A stretch of DNA of 64,000 nt from Octopus sinensis. Lineage: Eukaryota. How positions within the stretch are numbered: position 1 is the stretch's first letter; the number at the start of each line of letters is the position of its first letter. Under the pieces are notes generated by a model. That model did no database searches. It was not told where the DNA came from and was given only the letters and a program-made list of their open reading frames with translations. Positions 54,548 through 64,000 of the stretch are shown here, piece by piece. The stretch spans positions 16,988,001-17,052,000 of the forward strand of contig NC_043010.1 of assembly GCF_006345805.1 (NCBI RefSeq), given 5' to 3'. The translations under genes were made by a program, and so were the position numbers.

Positions 54548-56039
54548 TGCAAACAGACACATATCTATGTTTGTCACACACCTTTGTGACTCTACTGCTC
54601 TTGTTTCTTTCTCCATCTCTCTCTTCCACGCTTCACCTCTCTCCCTCTCTGTATCTTCCCCCTCTCTCTCCCTCTTTCTCGTCTAAACAAGCTTCTTCTG
54701 TTTTTTGCGCTTTCCTTCTCTAAACACAAACAACTGAGTTGTCATTCTTGTTGCTGTTATTGCTGTTGGGACAACAACAACAACAGCAACAATAACATTT
54801 AACTTTCTACATATCTATTATAACGATGATGTAACAATACATGATCTAATGTGTCCTTCCATTCTTTTGAAAGATTTGGCAATTCAGCTACTATTTCTAG
54901 CAGGTTGTACGAGCGCGTAAAGCTTCCCACCTTCAGTTCATACAAGTGTATGTGTGGGGGGAGGGCTCTGCATATGTGTGTTACGTGTGTGTATGTTTAT
55001 GTACGGGTGTGTTTGTGTGTATACATGTATGTCTATGGGTGAGTGTGTGTACGCGTGGTGTGCTGTTGAGCGAGACAGATATATGGAGGAGAGATAAGCT
55101 GGTGTTTCACATAATTAATTCTATGAGCAACAACAAACTAATTAGCAACAAATCCTGTATGCGATGAGGAAAGAACATTAGCTCAATGACTAATGTTTGT
55201 TCATTCTCGAGCCACGCCTGGCTCATAAGGGCCGGTTTCCTTGGCCTATAGGTTCCCCACCTGGACGGGACGCCGGTCCGTCGCAGGTGAGCTGCAAGAT
55301 GCAGGAGGAAAGAGTGATAGAAAGTTGTGGCGAAAGATTCAACAGAAGTTCGCCATTACCTTCTGCCGGAGCCGCGTGGTGCTTAGGTGTTTCACTCATA
55401 AACACAGACATCGCTCGGTCTGAGATTCGAACCCGCGATCCCTCGACCGCGAGTTCGCTGCTCTAACCACGAGGCTATGTGCCTCCACAAAATATAGGTT
55501 TTCCCGTACGCGTGTGACTCGAACACACGCCTTTTTGTATAGGCGACGTTGTGTGCTGCCGTTAAATCAATCCATCAAACTGTAACACCAAAGACTAATA
55601 AACATTTAAATTATTTCGGCGAGAAAGGGAGAAAACTTCGGACAACTTTCGGTCTTATGAAATCTCAGTGGAGTATAGACTTCGTTGGAATTGAAAAAGA
55701 AGTGTGGAATGAAGGTCATTAAATAGTAGTGAGGAGTGGTGGTCAGTATATAGAAGAAAAGCCAACGGGAGGTAGTGTGGAAGGCGGACAAATAAAGAGG
55801 TAGGTTGGCTGGTAAGTAGGTAGGTAGATAAGTAGCTAAATCGATAAACAGACAGACAGACAGACAGACCGAAGTAAATGGAGGTGGGTAGAGAGCTATC
55901 GGCTGAATCAAAGGCTTTTTGTTTTTCTCAGAATTTTGCTGTTGATTTTTGGCAACTTGTATTTCCATATTATATCACTAATTTGATACAATTTGTTGTC
56001 TAATTGTTGCTGAATTGTTTATTATTTATTTTCACAATT

Positions 56040-56500
56040 AACATATAAACACTAATTGTTTACACTTATTTTACAGCTTTGATAATGAGTGAGGAAAAAA
56101 TTGCTATCGGAACCATTTTGCACTATTCGTGGAAAGAGAAGACCGAATGCGTGGTTCAGAATTGGTTCAGATGCTTCAAGGAAGGTGACATCAGCCTCGA
56201 AGACAAACCCATGTGATGGAGACCTTCTGTTGTGGAAGATGAGACCTTACTTGAAATGGTTGAACAACAGTCAAGCACAAGTACTAGTACATTGCTGGCA
56301 GAACTTGGTTCTTCACAAAGCACCGTCAGTCGACACCTCCATAAGCTCGGTCTTGTGAACAGACGCTGTCGAGACGTTCCTCGTGAATTGACCAATGACC
56401 AGATTTTGTCATCGAATTGTAACTGGGGATGAAGAACGAATCTATAAGCCTCTCCAAGCGCTGGAAAAATAGACGTCAAAAGACGCCATTGCCACCTTAA
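56040..56500 (+). mobile_element. Mariner transposase remnant
   Basis: VVQNWFRCFKEGDISLEDKP, STVSRHLHKLG and IVTGDE fragments. Confidence 0.75.
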
Positions 56501-56816
56501 AAACTCCGAGTAGTACACACTAGGTTGTAGGCGAGTAAAAGAAAGATAATGAACTAAACTACCAGCACGTGGAGAGGTTTATAGCCAATCCCTTGTTATA
56601 ATTATGTATATAATTATTAAAATATTTGTAAAATTCACCTATAAGGTTTTTATTTCCGTGCTGACCCACTCCTAAAATCATTAATAATTTTACCTTTATT
56701 ATAATTAATACACACACACACACACACGCGCGCGCGTGCGCACGTGAGTCGTCTAAGAGACAGTAAGTCAGGGAAAAGAGGCACTCGAATATCTGTAAAT
56801 AGAGTGGGTATATTCC

Positions 56817-57091
56817 CCGAAATGTACAGTAATATATATCTATCACGGCTGATTTTACCAATCGGTTACGCACTAGGAATGCAATTGAGTGTTATGGAAC
56901 AATCTGATTATATAACCTTACGTTCATCAGAGTTAGCCGATATAAAAGGGAATATGGCATTTCCATATTGGCTAACTCTGATGAGCGTAAGGTTATATCA
57001 TCGGATTGTTACCTGACACTCCATTGTATTGCTAGCGCGAAACCGATTGGTTAGACCAGACGTGATGGATATATAATACTGTACATTTCGG
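56817..57091. repeat. About 275-bp fold-back palindrome
   Basis: CCGAAATGTACAGTAATATATATCTATCACG versus CGTGATGGATATATATAACTGTACATTTCGG. Inner arms CGTTCATCAGAGTTAGCC / GGCTAACTCTGATGAGCG. Confidence 0.85.
56976..57054 (+). ncRNA. Hammerhead-like motif in a fold-back element
   Basis: CTGATGA-GCGT...GCGC-GAAA-CCGATTGG-TT. Stem I is only 2 bp. Confidence 0.5.
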
Positions 57092-57127
57092 ATGCAGGAG
57101 TGACTGTGTGGTAAGTAGCTTGCTTAC

Positions 57128-59193
57128 TTCTCATGACTCTCAGTTGTCAATGTGCGCATGCGTCATTGTTTGTGCACTGAAGAAGATAGCCGGCAGAGTT
57201 TAGCCTGCCAAAAGAAGCTGCTGCAAGGTAGGACTTTTCTCTTGGACCCGGTGAGGGTCGTTGTCTGTGCTTATATGTTTTACAAACAGGGAATCCTCAC
57301 TGAATTCAGGATGCTGGTCTACTTGTGATTCAGCAATATGGTCCATAGTAAATGAAGGGTTTTTTCTCATTGTCTGGTAGGCGTATCCTTCAAACACTTT
57401 GTTTTTACAACAACATTTACCATTATTGGAAAACTGTCCTGCCACCGAAAGTCGTTCGCTGTTTGTAAATAGTGTATATTTTACAAGTACGTTGGAAAGC
57501 TGTATTCAAGTGGAGCAGTCCAGGTTCTAATTGGAGTACCATAAGGGTTTGGAGTACATGAATGCCCATATTATTTTTTGATGTTTATTTTTAGGAACTA
57601 TTGTTTTCTTGTTCTATTGTGATTTTTTATTGAACTGTTTGCTTTTTATTTATTTCTTCTTCCCTTTTGTTTTCTTTTGAATTCTCTCTTTCATTTTATG
57701 CGAACTATTGCTTTGAACATGGCAAAAAAAAAATACGGATAAGATTGTAGAGTAGGAGATTGTCCCACCGAAACAGTGGTTAAAGGATATGGAGGAGAGG
57801 ACGGTGGTGGTAGGACTTATTCTAAAGTTCATGATACCATCACTGTCTTCCCAAAACCAGTTATAGAAAATGAACTGAAAGACTATCTGTCCTCTGTGAA
57901 ATACATATCCTGTGGTGTCAAGCATGCAACTGTATGGTTGCTGTTTGACTCCCCAGAAGTGGCCCGTGAATTTGCGAGCCAGCCTCTGGAGGGCAATGAC
58001 ATTTTGTTTCTTCCCATTTATTGTGGGAAGAAGTTGACGAGGGCTTGGGTTTGCAGCTTTCCACCCGGAGTTGATCCCGAGTGGATTGAAGATACTATCC
58101 GCTGGTGTCTGAGTGGCAGTAGCACCAAGCTCCTCAGCGTAAATATTCTGCCTACGGCTGACTGGGAGGGGTCAAAAGCTGTTTTGACCCTATGGACCCA
58201 GTCAGCCGAAAGTCTGGTATTTCCAGACTTTTTGAGAATGGCCGGGTCTAGGTATCCGGTGATGCTTTAGGGACGCTCCCCACCCCAAGTGTCATCGGTG
58301 CTTGAAGCCAGGCCACATAAAAAAGAACTGTTCTCAAGGGTAAAGCGAAGTCCTGGAGCGGTTGACGGAGACATCTGTAGAGGAGGGAATGAAGGCGGCC
58401 GAGAAGATGGAGGACTCCTCAAAGAAGAGTCGTAAAAGGAAGGTGAGCAATGATGGGGCTCACCAAAGAATCCTGGGGATGAGGGAGGGGAGACGAATCT
58501 CCAGGTCACGGAGGATACGCACCCTCCCCCAGTCGAGAGGAATATCGCTCGTGGCCGGGTGACGCCAACTCGGAGCCCGTCTTGATTTTAAAGGAAGCAT
58601 GGGCTACGGTGGATTACACGGACACAAGCGATGATGAGGTGGAAAATTGACAAGAGGTTGAAAAGCCTCAGTGTAAGAGACTCGGCGTCTCATTTGTAAA
58701 TGGACTAGTGTTGATTGTATATTGAATATTTTATTCTATGTTATTGCATGTTATTGACTATTAAGTCCAATAATTGTAAGAACTGTAGTGAGATGTTCAA
58801 TACCTCGTTGAGGTGGAAAAATTGACAAGAGGTTGAAAAGCCTCAATGTTATAAAGTGTAAGAGGCTCAGCGCCTCATTTGTAAATGGACTAGTGTTGAT
58901 TGTATATTGAATATTTTATTGTATGTTATTGCATGTTAATATTTGTAATGCACTATTTTATAGTATGTTATTGCATGTTATTGACTATTAAGTCCAATAA
59001 TTGTAAAAACTGTCGCGAGAGGTTCAATACCTCGTTTTGTTTATTCTGTTGACAAAAAAAAATTTAAATGTTTTAGCGAAGCAGAAAATCTCTCATCAAT
59101 ATCATCCTTATTTCATCATTCACCTCATCAATGTTTATGTCCAGCCCGCAAGCTACTCTTTGTAATGTCTTTATGGCAAATTTTAATGAAGTA
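57128..59193 (+). mobile_element. ORF1-only L1/Tx1-like retroelement, degenerate, inserted in a SINE head
   Basis: 15-bp TSD AAGTAGCTTGCTTAC at 57113-57127 and 59194-59208. Disrupted ORF (about 57720-58560) homologous to the 60635-61501 ORF. No EN/RT. Internal tandem duplication in the 3' UTR (about 58634-59040). Confidence 0.85.
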
Positions 59194-59333
59194 AAGTAGC
59201 TTGCTTACCAACCACGTGGTTCTGGGTTCAGTCTCAGTGCATGGCATCTTGGGCAAGCGTCTTCTACTATAGCCTCTGGCCGACCAAGGCCTTGTGATTG
59301 AATTTGGTAGACGGAAACCGAAAGAAGCCCGTC

Positions 59334-59336
<3 letters not shown>
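59194..59336 (+). mobile_element. SINE family A 5' half; its head is displaced to 57093-57127
   Basis: Continues AAGTAGCTTGCTTACCAACCACGTGGTTCTGGGTTCAGTC. Confidence 0.85.
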
Positions 59337-59375
<39 letters not shown>

Positions 59376-59569
59376 GGAATTTACAAAAAAATAGACGAAG
59401 ACGGGTGTGTAAACGACAAACAGATGTATTAGTTTAACGCTCGGGAAGTGAGAAAGTCTTTTACGTTTCGAGCCTACACTCTTCAGGAGAAAGGAACTCA
59501 GAAATAAGCACAGAGAGAGAAAATAAACAGAGAGAGAAAAAAAAAAAAAAATAAATATATATATATATA

Positions 59570-59962
59570 TACTCTTTTACTCTTTTAATTGTTTCAGTCA
59601 TTTGACTGCGGCCATGCTGGAGCACCGCCTTTAGTCGAGCAAATCGACCCCGGGACTTATTGTTTGTAAGCCCAGTACTTATTCTATCGGTCTCTTTTGC
59701 CGAACCGCTAAGTGACGGGGACGTAAACACACCAGCATCGGTTGTCAAGCAATGCTAAGGAGACAAACACAGACACACGCACACACACACACACACACAT
59801 ACATATATATATACATATATACGACAGGCTTCTTTCAGTTTCCGTCTACTAAATCCACTCACAAGGCATTGGTCGGCCCGGGGCTATAGCAGAAGACACT
59901 TGCCCAAGATGTCACGCAGTGGGACTGAACCTGGAACCATGTGGCTGGTTAGCAAGCTACTT
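59570..59962 (-). mobile_element. SINE family A body; its head is displaced to 62208-62247
   Basis: Colinear with 46916-47311 once 59963-62225 is removed. Confidence 0.88.
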
Positions 59963-62207
59963 TATTTCAAAACATTTGCCATAAAGGCAGTACACAGATT
60001 AAGTTAGCTTTGCTGGCTGGACGAGGACATTAATGAGGTGAATGATAATGAAAGAAAGATGATAAGGATGGGAGAAGACAGAAAGCGCCCGCCGACTTTT
60101 GCTTCTCTAAAACATTGTTCTTTTTAAAAAGATAAACACAAAACGAGGTATTAAACCTCTTACAATTTTTCCAATTTTGGGCTTAGCAGTCCATTATTAA
60201 TACAAAACGAGGTATTAATCCTCTTACAATTTTTCAATTTTTGGACTTAAGTCCATTACTAATAATACATATCGTCCTCGAAATAGCTTGTGCCCGCGCC
60301 CTCCACCATCAACCACGCCTCCCTCAGAACGTAGTCAAGTTCCGAGTTCGCGTCGCCCGGACCAAGTTATAATCTTCATTGAGCTCCTTTAGCCCTAGCG
60401 TCACGTCGAACGCCACGGCCTCCACAGCTACCTGCGGAGGCCATTCGGGGTCCTGTGTGAAGGCTAAAGGTGCTCCCTTGTAGTGCTCTTCCATCACTTT
60501 TTCAATTTCTCCTCCTCTATAGAAGAGGACCAATACATTCAGTTCTTTCGTTGGCGGCACAGTTTCCGCCAACGGTATTCCTTCTCTTGTCGGTGGCACA
60601 ACCCCAACCGACGTAGTTCCGCGACATTCCGGTGCTACACTGACAGCCGGTAATGTCCCGTTTTTCTTCCTCTTTTTCTTTTTTTTCCCTTTTCAACTGA
60701 GGGAGGGTGCGTCTCCTCCGTGGCTGGAAGATTCGCCTTCCTCTCCTCATCCCTATTATCCTTTGGTGAGCACCCATTGTTGCTCACCTTCCTCTTTCGG
60801 CCTCTGTTTGAGGAGTCCTCTGCTTTCTCGGCCGTTATCGTTCCCTCTTCTAGAGGGGTTTTACTTAACTGTTCCGGGATCCTATTTTGTTCCCGAGGAC
60901 AGTTCTTCTTTATGTGGCCGGACTCCAAGCACCGATGACACTTAGCGGGGCGACCCTCAAGCATCACCGGGTACCTGCACCCGGCCATTTTCAAAAAATC
61001 TGGAAAAACCAGATTGGCTGATTGGGTCCACAGGGTCAAAATTGCTTTCGACCCAACCCATGCAGCCGCAGGAAGAACTTTTACATTGAGGAGCTTAGTT
61101 TCGCTGTCACCCAGACCCCGGCGGATAGTCTCCTCTATCCACTCGGGTTCTATGTCGGGTGGCAGTCCGCAGATCCAAGCTTTCATCAATTTCTTTTTTT
61201 TGTACGTGGGCAGGAATAAGATTTCCTTACCCTCCAAGGGTTTGCTAGCAAATTTGCAAGCCTCTTCAGGGGTGTCAAATAGCAACCACACCGTTGCATA
61301 TTTGACACCCCTGGAAATGAATTTAATTGTTGGCAAATACTCTTCCAACTCCTCCTCAATTGCCGTCTTTTCGAATAGGGCGATGGTGTCAAGTGCCTTG
61401 GAGTAGGTTCTCAACACCACCGTCCTATCTTCACGGTCTTTTAACCACTTTTTGGGTGGTATGATTTCCCACTCCAAAATTTTGTTATTTTTCATTGCCA
61501 TGTTTTTTTTAAAAATATATTCAAATTAAACTCAAAAGCAGGAAGAAAAAAAGTTCAAAAGTCTAGATAAAATTTGATAGATTTTTGAAAAAACAAAAAG
61601 GAGAAAGCACAACAGAAGGGAAGAAATTAACGGAAAGTCGCAATAAAGAAAAAAACAAAAAGGGGGGGGTTAAATGAAGTTCAAAAGAAAGTTAATAAAC
61701 AGAAAAAACACAGCAAAAATATTCTGGCCTTGCGGTACTCCCGGCCTGGGTTGAACCTGGAACGCCGCAACTGCAACACAACCTCCACAAAAATGGGTCC
61801 GAAAGGTAATCCAATAGTGGCTTATTTTTATACTTTTCTTGCGAAGTACTCTGACAAGGGAATAAATTCAGCAATCTCAAACACAGCACTGGCTACTGCC
61901 AACGGTAATTTTAACAGTAACTGTATTGAATTCTGAGTATACGCCCCTCCACTGTTTTTTTTTTTTTTTTTTTTTTTTTCAATGAACACAAAAACGGCAG
62001 CCGCCTAGCGCAGGCGAAATTGTCTCAGAGTTGGACACAACCTACTGAAATAATAATTGGCACGCAATAAATTATGCCCAACTCACAATAAACAAAATCA
62101 CTTACCTCGACAACTTTCCGTTTTTGGTCTTTTTTCTTTAGTTGGACAGAGCTTGTTACTCACGTCCACTCTAGCTCAACAAGAAGCAACCGACTAACTG
62201 CGCATGT
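59963..62207 (-). mobile_element. ORF1-only L1/Tx1-like retroelement inserted in a SINE head
   Basis: 18-bp TSD CTGGTTAGCAAGCTACTT at 59945-59962 and 62208-62225. T-rich 5' UTR, ORF1, 3' UTR ending CTTTATGGCAAATGTTTTGAAATAA. No EN/RT. Confidence 0.88.
60635..61501 (-). CDS. Retroelement ORF1p (RRM-like region plus CCHC zinc knuckle); probably continues through frameshifts to about 60300
   Basis: 288-aa ORF with CHRCLESGHIKKNC (CX2CX4HX4C) and an L1/Tx1 ORF1-like layout. Confidence 0.8.
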   Translation of the reverse strand: MAMKNNKILEWEIIPPKKWLKDREDRTVVLRTYSKALDTIALFEKTAIEEELEEYLPTIKFISRGVKYATVWLLFDTPEEACKFASKPLEGKEILFLPTYKKKKLMKAWICGLPPDIEPEWIEETIRRGLGDSETKLLNVKVLPAAAWVGSKAILTLWTQSANLVFPDFLKMAGCRYPVMLEGRPAKCHRCLESGHIKKNCPREQNRIPEQLSKTPLEEGTITAEKAEDSSNRGRKRKVSNNGCSPKDNRDEERKANLPATEETHPPSVEKGKKRKRGRKTGHYRLSV

Positions 62208-62583
62208 CTGGTTAGCAAGCTACTTACCACACAGCCACTCCTGCGCCTATATATATATCAATTATTGAAGTGGCTAGTAGAAATTTAAAACCAAAAGGCC
62301 CAAGTACAACAGTCTCTAAAAGTGACTAAGACCGCAAGTATAATCATATGTAAAAATATGTGTGCACATTGGTTTCAAATTATGGTAAAGGCAAGAAGTT
62401 TCGGGAGGGAGGGAGTAAGTCGATTTCATTGACAACCGGTACTTATTTTATCACCCCGAAATGGATGAAAAGCAAAGTCGACCCCGACGGTATTCGAACT
62501 CAGAACGTAAAGACGGACGAAATGCGGGTAAGCATTTTGCCCGGTTGCGCGCTAACGATTCTTTTTTTTTTTTTTCTCTAGGT

Positions 62584-62802
62584 CAGTGGTTTTCAACCAG
62601 GGTTCCCCGGAACCTTAGGGTTCCACCAGTACAGTCCAGGGGTTCCGCCAAAAGTTACAAAACTGCTAAAATCGGCAGTCATTTTTAATTCTCCTGTGCA
62701 GATATGTGTGCATAAGACTATTAAATTATTGCTCAGGGGTTCCTCGAGCCAGTGGAATGTTTCCTTGGGGTTCCGCCCCAGCAAAAAGGTTGAAAAGCAC
62801 TG
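62584..62802. mobile_element. hAT (Charlie/Buster-type) MITE
   Basis: TIRs CAGTGGTTTTCAACC / GGTTGAAAAGCACTG. Perfect 8-bp TSD CTCTAGGT at 62576-62583 and 62803-62810. Repeated GGGTTCC subterminal motifs. Confidence 0.92.
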
Positions 62803-63089
62803 CTCTAGGTACAGGGCCCGAAATTTTGAGGGAGGAGGAAAGTCGATGAAATCGACCCCAGTGCGCAACTGGTGCTAATTTATCGACCCTGAAAGGATGA
62901 AAGGTAAAGTCGACCTCGGCAGAATTTGAGCTCAGAACGTAAAGACAGACGAAATACTGCTAAGCATCTCGCCCGGCGTGTTAACATTTCGGCTAGTTCG
63001 CCGCCTTACGTACATATATATTAAATACGCATACATACAAACACATAAATACATACTTACACACACACAAACACACACACACAAACACA

Positions 63090-63120
<31 letters not shown>

Positions 63121-63230
63121 CACATGAAGTAATTATATAAAATGATGAACATTGTATTTTTAACTGTTGAAAAGAGATGCACAACTGAAATTATGTAACA
63201 TTTGTGAGATCCGGTTTGTCATTCTTCTAA

Positions 63231-63278
<48 letters not shown>

Positions 63279-63913
63279 TGTGTGTGTGTGTATGCGAGGA
63301 TGCGTGCATGTGTGCGTGTGTGTGTGTGGAGAGAGTGAGAGAGAATGTTTGTGTCGTAGATAAGAGTGGAAAAGAGGGAAAGGAAGAGAGAATGAAAGAG
63401 AGAGAATGAGGAGGTCGAGGGGAGGAGAAGAAGGTGAAGGAGAAGAAGGTGAAGGAGAAGGAGGAGGAAGCAGAAAACAAAGAGATGGGAGATGTAAGAG
63501 GAGGTGTGGAAAGGAGAAGGAAAAGAGGAAAACAATGACGGTGTGAGGGGGTTGTTGAGGATGGAGGGGGAGGAGGAGGAGAGTCGAGTTAAATGTGATA
63601 TAAGTTTTATGAAGAGACGACATTCCGCAGAGTCAATGAGCGTTGAGAGTTGACCATCTGTCATTACAAAGGGGACGGCGGAGGCAGATGTGTCTCGGCC
63701 TAACCAAACCCAATTATCCACTTAATGCTTTAACGATCTCGTTTTGTGTTGCATAAAATTGTTGCTCGATGTTTTATCGAAGAGATTTTGCATCAAAAAA
63801 CACTTTCTGTCGAAAAACATTGGTGTCACGGTTTTTAAGTCAGGGTTGAGGGTTATGGCCTAGGTTTAGGGCTATAGTTTGGGGTCTCGCTTAGGATCTG
63901 GGGTCAGGATTTA

Positions 63914-63994
<81 letters not shown>

Positions 63995-64000
63995 TCTCTC

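Overview
AT-rich, microsatellite-dense animal genomic DNA. The SINE repertoire suggests a coleoid cephalopod such as Octopus, which is an inference from recalled repeats and was not verified. The single host gene found is a minus-strand arginase: 8 GT-AG coding exons between 44434 and 4453, all Mn2+ ligands intact, a TATA box at about 44543, and the last exon apparently left of the window. Most of the rest is repeats: tRNA-derived SINEs, mariner/Tc1, hAT and other MITEs, Helitrons, CR1-like, R4/Dong-like and HERO-like LINE fragments, and a Penelope GIY-YIG fragment. Two systems stand out. (1) Two roughly 2.1-2.2 kb, TSD-flanked retroelements that encode only an ORF1 (no EN/RT) sit at the same nucleotide of two copies of one SINE family, and a related family appears to target a Tc1 transposon. 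(2) About ten hammerhead-ribozyme motifs lie in Penelope-type terminal repeats and fold-back palindromes next to (TA)n tracts, including a G3:C8 core-swap variant and a recurring A6U variant. Almost all long ORFs in the supplied track are microsatellite artefacts.
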